Positions 1 to 12,152 of a stretch of 44,909 nt of DNA are shown piece after piece (position 1 is the first letter of the stretch; each line of letters begins with the position of its first letter). This DNA is from Octopus sinensis. Its lineage: Eukaryota. The notes under the pieces were generated by a model. It made no database searches. It was not told the origin of the DNA and saw nothing but the letters and a program-made list of their open reading frames with translations. The translations under genes were made by a program, and so were the position numbers. The stretch is from positions 1-44,909 of the forward strand of contig NW_021835166.1 in assembly GCF_006345805.1 (NCBI RefSeq), read 5' to 3'.

Positions 1-384
1 CGTCACATTTATGCGATTTTTAAGGAATAATTTTTGACACTTTCAAGGCTCAGGTCCGTTTCTTCTTCAATTTTATATAATTTTGTTGAAAATTTGTTTT
101 ATTCTTTTTACTTGTTTTATGTTATTTTAATTTTACGTTTCCAAATATTTGCTAATAATTTAATATATTTCTTAATTTGTAATAATCAGAAAATTATATC
201 TGCGTCCTATTACGTTACACGTATCTATGGGCGTATATCTATATGCGATGCGTGTGCTAGTACATATACATACATATATACATACATACATACATACATA
301 CATGCATACATGCATACATACATACATACATACATACATACATGCATATACATATATATATATATATACACACCATATACATAA

Positions 385-428
<44 letters not shown>

Positions 429-670
429 TTAGATACGTTTTTTCTAGAGACACATGCATGTATTTATATATATACATACAGGTACTAATATGCATATATA
501 TGTGTGTGTGTGTGTTTATTTGTGTGTTGTGCACGAATGTGTATAAGTGTTATTTCATTTCTATGGAGTTTAAAAAGGTTAGGTTAGTTGCGGAAGCAAA
601 TTGCTGACATTAAAATTCCTTTCATATTTTGTCGTTTTTTGAAACCATTATTATTATTATTATTATTACT

Positions 671-886
671 GCGACGAGCTGGCAAACCCGTTAGCACACC
701 GGGTAAAATGCTTAGCGGCATTTTGTCTGTCCTTAGGTTCTGAGTTCAAATTCCGCCGAGGTCGGCTTTACCCTTCATCCTGTCGATGTCAATGAAATAA
801 GTACCAGTAACACACTAGGGTTGATGTAATCGACTTACCCACTTCCCCAGATTTTCAAGCCTTGTACCTTTAGTAAAAAGGATTAT
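671..886 (+). mobile_element. tRNA-derived SINE, family A (GAGCTGGCAGAA..GTTAGCAC head)
   Basis: tRNA-like head with B-box-like GAGTTCAAATTCC (742-754), central GAGGTCG.CTTT.CC.TTCATCCT..CG..GTC domain, (TAT)n tail; same sequence recurs many times in the window. Confidence 0.85.
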
Positions 887-930
887 TATTGTTGTTGTTG
901 TTGTTGTTGTTATCATCATCATTATAGTGA

Positions 931-1171
931 GAAGAAGTGGTTCAAAGAACAGTCAAAAGAATTTTACGGGGCAGGGATATATGCTCTCATTCGAAGGTGG
1001 AACATTGTTATTGAGAGAAACGGTGACTATGTTGTCTCAACATAGTCACTTTTTCTCTTAATATGGGATCCACAGAGGACCAGCTTCATTTTGATGCATG
1101 ATACATGTTCCTGTGATTGTAATTATACCTGTCCTAAACAAAATGGCATTACTTTTTGACTCACCTTCGTA
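931..1171 (+). mobile_element. mariner/Tc1 3' fragment (transposase C-terminus plus 3' TIR ending ..CG-TA)
   Basis: 931-1033 translates KKWFKEQSKEFYGAGIYALIRRWNIVIERNGDYV, matching the mariner C-terminal WF..(F/Y)..GI..L..RW..V(I)...GDY pattern; ends TTTTTGACTCACCTTCG followed by TA. Confidence 0.8.
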
Positions 1172-1282
1172 TATGTATCTAAAAGGGTTTAACCTATAAT
1201 CGAGTAATGTTTCCAAAGTGATTAAAATGTCCCTCTTGGTATTAAATGTACAATCGATAGATAGATAGACAGACAGAGAGAC

Positions 1283-1409
<127 letters not shown>

Positions 1410-1623
1410 AAGAGAGAGAGTGAGCGAGAGAGAGAGAGAGAGAGAGGTAGAGAGGTAGAGATTAGATTTGTATGTATTTATGTATGTATGCATATTTACG
1501 TGGATGGGTGTAAGTGCGAGATAGTGTGTGCATGAGTATGTACCGTGTTCGCGTGTGAAAGGTATGTGCGTGTGAATAGCGTGTGCGCGTGTGTGTTACG
1601 TGCGTGTGTGTGTGTGTGAGAGT

Positions 1624-1656
<33 letters not shown>

Positions 1657-2212
1657 TGCATGCGTGTTGATTCTACAATGCTTTGTATCACACTCCGTTC
1701 AAAAGTTCCTGCATGAAATCTGATCCATATAATTCCTCAATTCGTGAACCGAATTTGGAAATATTTATTCTCCAGCGTGGCGTATCGATTACTTCATACA
1801 TTCGAGGTACGTAGTCCCTTTGATATCAATGCTTTATCCAAAGGATACCCACCTATCACAGATATCATATCGGTCTCGTTCCAGTGATTACAGAAACAAC
1901 TCCGTCGCCATCGACACCCTTACACTATAATTGATAAGTTGCTACAACGATCAGTAGATCAGTTCAGATAACAGGAACGAAACATCCACGTGGATACATT
2001 TGCATGTGTGAACGTGTGTGTGTGTGGATGTGTGTGTGTGTGTGTGTGTGGATGTGTGTATTCCTACAAAATCAAACGCACTCGCACACAGATACATCTA
2101 CATTTATATATTTATATTTATGTGTATATATATGCGTTGTGCGTATATATGTGTGGGTGGGTGTCTACATATAATATACGTATATATATATATATATATG
2201 TACATATATATG

Positions 2213-2245
<33 letters not shown>

Positions 2246-2501
2246 GTTATATATATATGTAATATATAATATATATATAATTGTTTATATATATATGTAA
2301 TATATATATATATGTATATATATACATATATTATATATTATATTATCTATTATATATATATATATATGTAATATATATATGTATATAATATATAATGTGT
2401 TATATATACATATATATATACACATATATGTATGTATATATATATATGTACATATATACATATATACATATATATGTATATATATGTACATATATATTTA
2501 C

Positions 2502-2534
<33 letters not shown>

Positions 2535-2869
2535 AGTATATGTACATATGTATGTATACATAAATGTATCGTTCATATATATGTGCACTTATATGTATAT
2601 ATACATATATATATATACACATAGGCATGTATGTGTGTGTTCGTGTGTGTGTGTGTATGTGTTTCCGTGTATATTTGTGTTTTTTGTCAGTTAATACATC
2701 AAATCCCGCAATGGCTTCTTATTTATAGGCTTTTATATTTCCATAGCCAAACTTCAAAAAACAATTTCATGGATATATTTTTGTCTCTTGATTCTGGAGA
2801 AAGCACAGTGTGTACGGCCTTTGTACGCCGCACTGGACCAGCATTGTTGGTTCCACTAATGTCACGAAT

Positions 2870-3475
2870 GATCTGAATCAAGTCAAAACCTTCTGGAAAG
2901 ACAAAAGCAAGAAGAATCCGGAGAGATGATGTTTTTTTTTGGAGGGGGGGTAGGATTGGGTATTGTTGTGAGTATGAGGCCGGGAATGACGAGCAGTGAA
3001 GAGGCAATGAGATCGGAGGTAGGAGGACGACCAGCTCTGAAGAACAGAGGTCATCGTAATAGCGATACAAATAATACTGAGATGAGATGGCACGTATGAG
3101 GGCCAGAGGTAGGAACGTGTCTGTTAGTGGTTGAATGTTAGTTGATCGAGTGACCCTTTTCTGGATACGATCAAGAAGAGCGGTTCTCAACAACGGCTCC
3201 AATGGCCGAATACGGCCCTCAAGTATCCTTCTGGCAGCCCTCGAAGTCTTCTGTCTATAAATATAATAGATTTTGGTTTTTTGGTTCGGCCGTCTAAAAA
3301 AAAGAGTCCGGATTAAATATCTGGCCCGGATATTAAAAGCAGCCGAGAACCACTGATTTTGAATATTTGTGCGCATAGCAGCAGCAGCAGCACCGTCCCA
3401 GTTGTGCAGCAGCACCGTCCCAGTTGTGCAGCAGCAGAACCGCCCCAGTTGTGCAGCAGTAAACCATTGTGGATA
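2870..3475 (-). mobile_element. decayed LINE (L2/CR1 group) RT C-terminal fragment
   Basis: ORF 2723..3415(-) contains ALLDRIQKRV..LTDTFLPLALIRAISSQYYLYRYY..CSSEL..LLPP..FPEGFDL, a degenerate version of the LLDRIQKR..L(Q/E)PL.HRR.VS.L..FYRYY.G.CS.EL C-terminal block; upstream TMVYC/HNWDGAAA resembles the (M/L)EYCSH.W motif. Confidence 0.7.
3378..3460. repeat. 22-25 bp tandem minisatellite, 3 copies
   Basis: GCAGCAGCACCGTCCCAGTTGT at 3384-3405 and 3406-3427, variant at 3428-3452; no spacers. Confidence 0.9.
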
Positions 3476-3802
3476 TCATTTGATCCTCGCGCTTTTATTG
3501 CGCTTTCTGCAATAAAATCCTATGGATGAAAGAAAAATAAATACAGAAGAAACATTTTCGATGTAACCAGGGAAGCCGATATACCCAAAGAACATTTCAA
3601 ATTGAACGGGTATAAGCATTGGGATTTTAACCCATTATAAAGCCGCTTTAATTATTAATCACACTGAAGCCAACATACTGGCTGGCATTCGAAACATTAA
3701 AGGCAGCAAAAGCATTTCGTCTGTCTACATTCTCAGTTTACATTCCTCCCAGATCGATTTTCAGGAACGATAGAATAAGTACCATTTGCACACGGGGATT
3801 GA

Positions 3803-4007
3803 TGTAACACGCCGGACAATATGCTTAGCGGCATTTCGTCCGTCTTTATTTTTTGTGTTCAAATTTCGCTGAGGTTGACGCTGCCTTTCCTCCTCTCGTG
3901 CTCGATGAAATAAGCATCAGTTAAGTACTGGTGGGGGTCGAAATAATCGACAGGCACCCCCACCCGCTCAAACACTACTGGCCTTGTGCCAAAATTTGAA
4001 GCCATTA
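3803..4007 (+). mobile_element. SINE family A, diverged
   Basis: CACGCCGGACAATATGCTTAGCGGCATTTCG..GTTCAAATTTCGCTGAGGTTGACGCTGCCTTTC..GGCCTTGTGCC. Confidence 0.75.
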
Positions 4008-4062
4008 TCGGTCAAACTTAGAGAGATGACAGTTAATTCTTCTTGAAAAAAAATGAACGCAA

Positions 4063-4180
4063 TTGGTGAATGGTTAAGAAGCACGTTCTACAGCAACGTG
4101 GTCTCCCGTTCAGTTCCACTGCGTGTCACTCTTTGTAAGTGCTTTCTATTACAGCCTAGGACAACAATACCTTTTGCTGG
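4063..4180 (+). mobile_element. tRNA-derived SINE family B, diverged head
   Basis: TGGTTAAGAAGC..GTTCAGTTCCACTGCGTGTCAC..TAAGTGCTTTCTATTACAGCCT; compare the well-preserved copy at 14243. Confidence 0.6.
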
Positions 4181-4796
4181 ACTTAGGCTGCTGGGAAACT
4201 TTTCCCCCGATAGATAAATAGATAAGCTGATCTTTTATTACACACAAGTCAGGGAAACAAACCAACGGAGTGATTCCTGAGTTTTTTCATTCGGCTCCTC
4301 TCACTCGCACTTCTTGGCTCCAGTGTAGAGATTTCTGTTGTTAATTATTCTTTTAATTGCTTAAGTTATAGGCTTGAAGAAATAGTCACCAACAATAAGA
4401 TCCATCATCCAGTAACTTGGAGCAGCTAAGTTACAACTATGATGTTCGTAGAACATGTTCTTTGTTTATCTCCTTATCCTCTTGGAGATTTTAGGTAAAA
4501 TTATACTAATGTGTCCTTCTAATTTAATTAAATTCTATGTCTTTGTGCAGCTGAAGATTGCTCTACATTTTAAATTGATGTAATGAAATGATTGCACTGT
4601 TCAGTTAAATGGAGTCGCAATAAACGATCGTACTGCATTACCTCTGGATTTGCTTCTGGCTTATTTTGATTTTAATCACCTTATTTTGAAATTGTATGGA
4701 TAAATTGTATAGTAAATTCAGGTGCCTCAAATTAAGTACCATATTCATCTGAATATAAACTTTTACTGAACTCATCTACCATACCTAGTGTATAAA

Positions 4797-4853
<57 letters not shown>

Positions 4854-5328
4854 CAAGTGTGTGTGTCTGTGCGTGTTTGTATTTCTATGTTTATAAGTAT
4901 GTTTGCGTTTGTTCAATTTTCCTTCGACACTCGATGAGGTGAGATTAAAAGTAACAAAATATAACAACTTTCTGTTTAATAATTATATCTGGAAAGTCTA
5001 CCCCTCTGTGGGGTGCACTCTTAGTTTTCTTTCTTGCCAAGTCTGAAGCTTTTGCAACCGAATATTTACAAACACTCTCAGACACACACTCACACACACA
5101 CACGCTCATGCACACACATACACACATACATACGCACATACACATACACACATACATATAGATACACACACTCATAAGCGCACATATGCATACAGAAAGA
5201 TTTCTATACTGCATATAAGTTACATATATATATATATGTATTTATATATATATATATATATATATTATATTATAGTTACATATACACATACGCACGCACG
5301 CATGCATATACACAAATACACACGTATC

Positions 5329-5436
<108 letters not shown>

Positions 5437-7333
5437 AAGATAGATAGGTGGTAGGTGGTAGGTAGGTAGGAAGGTAGGTAAGCAGGGCGGTGGGTGGTTA
5501 GGTTGATAGACATATAGCTAGATACATACATGCATACATACACAGACATACATACATACATACACGCCTACATACATGCATACATAATACTTACATGTAT
5601 GTATGCATGGATGTATGTATGCATGGATGTATGTATGCATGTATGTATGCCTTTATGTATGTTTGTATGTATGTATGTATGTATGTTTGTATGTATGTAT
5701 GTATGTACACATATGTAATGTATGCACGCATGCGATTTTGTATGTATACGAAGCAGATGTATGCATTCGATGTGGATTTCATAAATGTGTGTGTGTGTGT
5801 ATGTGTATGTGTGTGTGCATGATTGTGCCTGATTGTGCGTGTGTATGCATGTGTTTGCGTGTGTAAAGGCTGAAAATGAAGGCTGTTATTGCTTCGAGTG
5901 CCAAGTGTGATGCTAACTAAGGAGTATCAGGAATCTAAGATGGCCGACGAGAATCTGTGTTGGAGCGTCTCTGTTTTACTATTAAGTTCTGCTGTACGCG
6001 AAAGATAATTATGAAAAATGTATATGTATATATACACACTTATGTGTATGTATATATATATATATATATGTTTGTGCGAGTATGCATGTATGTACATATA
6101 TATATGTGTGTGTATTTGTGTGTGTATGTATGTTTGTGTATGTATATATAAATATAAATATATGCGCACAGCTAAAACTAGATCAAATCTTATGTGTGTG
6201 TGTGTGTGTGTGTATGTATATAAAAACATATATGCACAGCTGAAACTCGATCAAACCTTATATATGTATATATATATGTGTGTGTGTGTGTTTGTGTATG
6301 TATGTATAAAGATATGCATATATATACCTACGTGTGCGTCTGTGTCTGTGTAAACGCGTTATGCATATATATATATAGATAGATAGATATAAATATATGC
6401 ATATAACCGGAGAAGTACATGTACATACATTTATAGATATAACCATACACAGCACATACACTCACACATACATATTCATACACATACATAAAGATATGCA
6501 TATGTACATGTGGTTGCGCGCAGGCCCGCGCGAGTGTGAATTTCTGTGTGTTTGTGTACTGCCTTTATATAAATACCTAAATGCGTAGAGCAAGTCTTAA
6601 GAAATCAATCATTCTCTTTTTTTTTTTATTCGTTCTTACTATAGAAAACCACCAAAAACTACGTAATTCTTAACAGTAAACATCTGGCATTCAAGATTTA
6701 ACATATCCGTTTAGCTTTCTACGAAAGGAAACACTCTTTTTATACCATGTTAGCTTTGCAAATGCTAGCCCTAACCTTTTCATTGAGTTTTATGTCATTA
6801 CGTACATTTATGCACAACCAAGAACCCAGCTTTACTATTATATTTCCTTTCTATGTCCGTAGATACAACATATTTAGATATTATTTATCTTACTATTTTT
6901 TTTTCCTTCTGATAATTTTAAGATTTTCTCATACGAACTGACGCTTGCTAATCATATGAAATACGAGGTCTAGATTTCAAATATTTTAGTCGTTTACTAC
7001 ATGGATCTCAGTATAGGGTTAGGCATTTATAAGTAAAGTATGCAAGTGTGTAGGCGTTGGCATTACTATTTGGGTAAAAAAATGCATTTTGAAATTGCGT
7101 AGTTTCGGGTTCAGCCTCGTTGTGCAGCACGTCGGAAGAGCAAAATTACTCGCACAAAAGTAGCATTAATTCTCAAGGTCGTTCCATTTGTCTCAACCGA
7201 TCAATGGGCCGATTGAATCAACCAATCAATAGTGAATCTATAATGACGAATAGAAACAGCTGTAAGTCAAATTTACTACAATAAAAAATAGGCAAGGAAT
7301 ATATATATATGTGTGTAAGTATATATCTATATA

Positions 7334-8160
7334 TTTTTTTTTTCTTTAGTTTCAGCTCAGAGCTGTGGCCATGCTGATGCACCGCCGATTTGTGCTACAC
7401 TGTTATTGCGAAGAACCTCGTCTAATATGTGGCACTTGGTGAAGAATGGAGTTTGATATAGCTACTCTCATTTGCACCTCCTCCCGTGAGGTAGGTTCAT
7501 CTGGGACTCTCGACAGGAAGATGTCCAGCTTTGATTTAAAAACCGCTACATCTACTTGGTGCAAGTTCCTCAGACTCTTTGAGAGAATATTAAAAAGCTG
7601 TGGGCCCTTGAAACCCAGGCTGTTGCAGAAGCTGGTCCTGAAGCGTGATGGCATTGCTGGGATCTTTGGCACTATGCAGTGTAGTCCCGTTCTAGCATTG
7701 GTGTAGCTTACAATGCCAAAATTTGGCACAATTCCTTCCAGGATCTTCCAGGCATATATTACTGCATACCTCTCCCGTCTTCTCTCCAGGGAGTAGAGTC
7801 TTAGCTGTTTCAACCTTTCCCAGTAGCTGAGCTGTTGCAAAGAGACGATCTTCTTTGTGAATCTTCTCTGGGTTGCTTCAAGGTCCGCTGTTAATTTTAC
7901 ACTGGTGGGTGACCATAGCTGTGAGCAGTAATCCAGGCGGCTGAGGACGAATGTCCGCCAGAGGACCATCATGGTTTCCTTATCTCTGCTTCTGGATGTT
8001 CTTAGGATCCACCCAGCCAGTCGTCTGCACTTTGTCGCCATCCTGGTAATGTGCACTTGGAAAGAGGTATCATCACTCATGTCGATACCCAGGTCCCTCA
8101 CAGACTTAGGCTCTGGGATTGAAATTCGCTGTGGACCGGTGTATCCTGTAAGTTTAATAT
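7334..8160 (-). mobile_element. 5'-truncated CR1-group LINE, RT C-terminus plus 3' UTR and A-rich tail
   Basis: ORF 7403..8188(-) is stop-free: VRDLGIDMSDD..RLAGWILRT..LSRLDYCSQLWSP..LEATQRRFTKKI..LSYWERLKQLRLYSLERRRERY..FKSKLDIFLSRVPDEP; ends GGCGGTGCATCAGCATGGCCACAGCTCTGAGCTGAAACTAAAG-A(n). The ATG at 8188 is probably not a true start. Confidence 0.93.
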
Positions 8161-8568
8161 TCAGTTTTGGATGCTGATAGCACTCCAAAGACAGAAACGT
8201 GTAAATGATAAAGGATAAAATGCGCTAAATGACAAAGACGATTTTTTTTTCGTTATTCTTGGATTCTCTCTGTTTCCTTTATTCTCCTATTATAAATTTC
8301 GATTGAATGAAATATGAAATACTAGCGAAACTATTTATCATCTAACGAAACTATAAAGGCGGGTGTTTTATGCAAAGCGCCTTCTTCTACTTCGCTAAAA
8401 TTATATCTTATATCGCATACAGCGATGTTTATCAAATGATATATGTGAAATGACGAGATTTTGTGATATGTAATTTTTCTATGGTATATATTACTTATAT
8501 TGTATTTCTGATATATCATATACTATAAGTTTCCTAATATTCAGGTACGGATGACTTATGATATCAGT

Positions 8569-8620
<52 letters not shown>

Positions 8621-8710
8621 GATATATACTCATACATATACACATACACACACACATATATATTATATGTGTGTGTGCGTGAGTGTGTTTTTTTTTTGTG
8701 AGTGTTTATA

Positions 8711-8850
8711 GACGCAGGCGTGATTATGTAATAAGAAGTTTGCTCCCAACGAAGCGTTTCCTGGTTCAGTCCCACTGCGTGGCACCGTCTACTATCGATT
8801 CGACCCGACCAAAGCCTTAACCGTCAATTTGATTCACGGAAACTGAATGA
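8711..8850 (+). mobile_element. SINE family B
   Basis: GGTTCAGTCCCACTGCGTGGCACC..CCGACCAAAGCCTT..CGGAAACTGAA. Confidence 0.75.
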
Positions 8851-9075
8851 TCTGGCAGAAACGTTAGCACGCCGGGCGAAATGCTTAGCGGTATTTCGTC
8901 TGCCGTTACGTTCTGAGTTCAAATTCCACTGAGGTCGACCTTGCCTTTCATCCATTCGTTGTCCATAAATTAAGTACCAGTTACGCACTGGTGTCGAAGA
9001 AATCGACTTAATCCCTTTGTCTGTCCTTGCTTGTCCCCTCTATGTTTAGCCCCTTGTGGGCAATAAAGAAATAGG
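8851..9075 (+). mobile_element. SINE family A, well preserved
   Basis: CTGGCAGAAACGTTAGCACGCCGGGCGAAATGCTTAGCGG..GAGTTCAAATTCC..GAGGTCGACCTTGCCTTTCATCC..AAGTACCAG..AATAAAGAAATA. Confidence 0.9.
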
Positions 9076-9199
9076 TAACTGAATGAAACAGGTTCGTCTT
9101 ATGTATAGATATGAGTTTGTGTGCGTGCGTAAGTATGTGTGTGTCTGTCTGTCGGTGTGCATGTTTGTGTGTGTGTGTGTGTGCGTGTGTGTGCCTTTC

Positions 9200-9495
9200 T
9201 CAACCGTTACCACTTGACAACTGTTATTGGTTTGTTTACGTCCCCGAAGTGCCGCTCATCATTCTGTCCGGCGTGCTAACGATTCTGCCATTTCACTTCT
9301 TTACATATATTGATACATACGTTTCGAAGTTTGCTACAAGGCCATCAATGTTAAGCGAAGGGGTTAAATCGATAACATCGACCCCAGTGTTCAATTTGTT
9401 CTTATTTCATCGACCCCCAAAATGATGAAAGACGGACGATACGCCGCTAAGCAATCTGCTCAGCGCGCTAATGTTTCTGCCAGGCGGCTGCCTTA
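9200..9495 (-). mobile_element. composite of SINE fragments (mostly family A, reverse)
   Basis: reverse-oriented head pieces CCGGCGTGCTAACGATTCTGCC and GCGCGCTAATGTTTCTGCCAG, central ATCGACCCC..GATGAAAG. Confidence 0.6.
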
Positions 9496-9857
9496 TGGAC
9501 ACAGCGATACACGGGAAAAGAAAATAACTATATAAATTGTAACCTAATTATAAACGATTCAAAATACATTTTGATAATCTACCAATATATTGTTTAAAAA
9601 GGTTAATTACAAGTCAAAGTGTAAGTGACATCTACGTCTGGAGTGGACATAGAATTACCTTGTTCCACAAAGCGGTACTGCACTGCTTTCAACATATTTG
9701 AATTGCAAATGAAGGCACAGTGCCAGAGTTTCGAAGAAAACGCAGTGATTATTTAGTTTGTCGAAGTATAGAGGAAATTATGACAATTTCATGCGGAATT
9801 TATTATTATAAACTGTATATAATATATGTGTGTGCGTGTGTGTGTGTGTGTGTGTGT

Positions 9858-9985
9858 GGAGGCGCAATGGCCCAGTGTTTATGGCAGCGGACTCGCGGTC
9901 GGATGATCGCGGTTTCGATTCCCAGACCGGGCGTTGTGTGTGTATATTGAGCGAAAACACCTAAAGCCCCACGCGGCTCCGGCTG
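9858..9985 (+). mobile_element. tRNA-derived SINE family C head
   Basis: GGCGCAATGGCCCAGTG (A-box-like), GGTTTCGATTCCC (B-box-like), GAGCGAAAACACCTAAAG; second copy at 12879. Confidence 0.8.
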
Positions 9986-10104
9986 TGAATAAGGCGGCGA
10001 ACTAACAGAATCGTTAGTACGTCGGACGAAATTTAATCGACTTGCCCCTCCCGCCAAAATTCATGCCTTGTGCCAACTGTAGGAAGGATTATTAAATGTG
10101 AATA

Positions 10105-10335
10105 AGGTGGCGAGTTGGCAGAAACGTTAGCACGCCGGGCGAAATGCGTAGCCGTATTTCGTCTGCCGCAACGTTCAGAGTTCAAATTACGCCAAGGCCA
10201 ACTTTACCTTTCATCCTGTCGGGGTCGATAGATTAAGTACAAGTTGAACACTGGGGTCCATAAACCCCTCCACACCAAAATCGACTTGCCCCTCCCGTCA
10301 AATTTCATGTCTTGTGCCTATAATATAAAGAATTA
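10105..10335 (+). mobile_element. SINE family A
   Basis: GGCGAGTTGGCAGAAACGTTAGCACGCCGGGCGAAATGCGTAGC..GAGTTCAAATT..CCTTTCATCCTGTCGGGGTCGATA. Confidence 0.88.
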
Positions 10336-10429
10336 TTAATTGTGGATGTCCATTCGACTTAACTCATGCATTTATTTATACTTTATGTATGTATAAATAT
10401 ATACATATATATATAGATATATATATAGT

Positions 10430-10715
10430 TGCTACCATTGGACCACAAAGTAACAAAAAAGCGGTTCCTTTTAATACCAGCAAGAAACAATAATGGACTT
10501 CTTCAATACACTCAACAGGAATATAGCGATTAACAGTAAGAAACGATTATGAACTTTTCAATTTTCACTTTGTATAATATTTTTGATGAGGTTCGTTTTT
10601 TCAAGAACCGAAACATGTAAAATTCATAAGAATATTAAAATTTATCTAATATAGTGGCGTTTTCAAACTTCTTTTTTACAAATATATACCCACTCGTATA
10701 CGATCTACTCTTTTT
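10430..10715 (+). mobile_element. probable Penelope-like element 3' end / pLTR fragment embedded in (TA)n
   Basis: short frame ..QQETIMDFFNTLNRNIAINSKKRL* (weakly PLE endonuclease C-terminus-like) followed by a hammerhead motif; (TA)n on both sides. Confidence 0.5.
10579..10623 (+). ncRNA. minimal type-I hammerhead ribozyme-like motif (C3U core variant)
   Basis: AUUU-UUGAUGA(10583-89)-GGUUC/GAACC perfect stem II-GAA-ACAUGU palindrome(10613-18)-A17-AAAU. Confidence 0.65.
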
Positions 10716-10719
10716 ATAA

Positions 10720-10799
<80 letters not shown>

Positions 10800-10821
10800 T
10801 ATATATTTATATATATATATA

Positions 10822-10960
10822 CGTCGTCCTTTTCAAGCGTAGCCAGGTTAATGGGTCCGGTTTCCCGGTTTCTGTGGCTTATGTGTTCCTCCCCAGCTGG
10901 ACGGGACACCACTCTATCGCAGCATTACTCATGAAACAGGAAGAGAGAGTGAGAGAAACA
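10822..10960 (-). mobile_element. SINE 3' module with V-domain-like motif
   Basis: reverse strand reads CTGCGATAGAGTGGTGTCCCGTCCAGCTGGGG, resembling the V-SINE GATGGACTGGCG.CC.GTCCAGGG motif. Confidence 0.55.
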
Positions 10961-11114
10961 TACACGCATAAACAGGGTGGGGGGAGAGAAAGAGATTACA
11001 ATTTAATAGTCGAACAAAGACATAAACACTTGACCTCTCCTCGCGAATAGGAGCGTAAAACTCCGAGTAACAGTTTTTGGTGATAATCTGCAACATTATT
11101 AATAAAGGATAATC

Positions 11115-11204
<90 letters not shown>

Positions 11205-11268
11205 GTACGTTTAAATATTTGTTGTGCAAGATTTTTTATGTGAAGTCGTGTGTTGAAACAGATTTTGT

Positions 11269-11370
11269 GTATTTAGGAATGGTCATTTTGCCACTGAAGC
11301 AAAGTAACACCAAATATATAGTGCGTGTGTTTTTATTGGCTAAACTGGCAAAATGACCATTCCTAAATAC
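11269..11370. repeat. perfect 25-bp inverted repeat around a 52-bp spacer
   Basis: GTATTTAGGAATGGTCATTTTGCCA (11269-11293) / TGGCAAAATGACCATTCCTAAATAC (11346-11370). Confidence 0.9.
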
Positions 11371-11372
11371 AA

Positions 11373-11435
<63 letters not shown>

Positions 11436-11523
11436 ATATATATATGTATATATGTGTGTGTGTGGGTGCACATATATATATATGTATATACACATATATA
11501 TATATACATAATATATCTATATT

Positions 11524-11594
<71 letters not shown>

Positions 11595-11654
11595 GTATGT
11601 ATGTACGTATGTGAAGAGAAAGATATATACATACATACATACATAAATGGATTT

Positions 11655-11790
11655 GTACTCAGTTTGCGCCCACCAGATTCACTCGCAAACAATTAGTCAG
11701 CGTTGCGGTCTTGTGAAAGGCGCTTACTCAAATGGAAACCGCATAGTCGAGAACCGAATTTCTCAACCACAAAACCATTCCTGCGCCTAT
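11655..11790 (-). mobile_element. SINE family B, diverged
   Basis: CCACCAGATTCACTC..TTACTCAAATGGAAACCGCATAGTCGAGAACCGAA..CAACCACA (reverse of the family B head/body). Confidence 0.55.
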
Positions 11791-11938
11791 GAAGAATTAT
11801 TTTAAATGCAGACATGCACTGAGGTAATATATTGATGAAGATATACAAACAAACATACATCTCACATACATATTATGTCAGATGTATGCACAGATATATG
11901 TTTTGAAGCATATATACATAGACACAGGCATGTATACG

Positions 11939-11980
<42 letters not shown>

Positions 11981-12118
11981 TTCATTCTTTTATGTGTGTG
12001 TGTATAGGTATGCAGGCATATATATTTATACATTTGTTTGCAGACATATATATATATGTGTGTGTGTGCGTGCATGTATGCTTGTATGTATGTATGTATG
12101 TAAGTATATATGATTGTG

Positions 12119-12152
<34 letters not shown>

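Noticed and set aside
3378-3460. CRISPR-like array
   Set aside because: Units are contiguous with no spacers, and the context is eukaryotic LINE debris.
8160-8188. ATG of ORF 7403..8188 as a real start
   Set aside because: The LINE is 5'-truncated; the first residues come from flanking DNA.
9300-9350. UUGAUGG..GAAACGUA on the minus strand
   Set aside because: Lies in the body of SINE family A and has no stem II; chance match.
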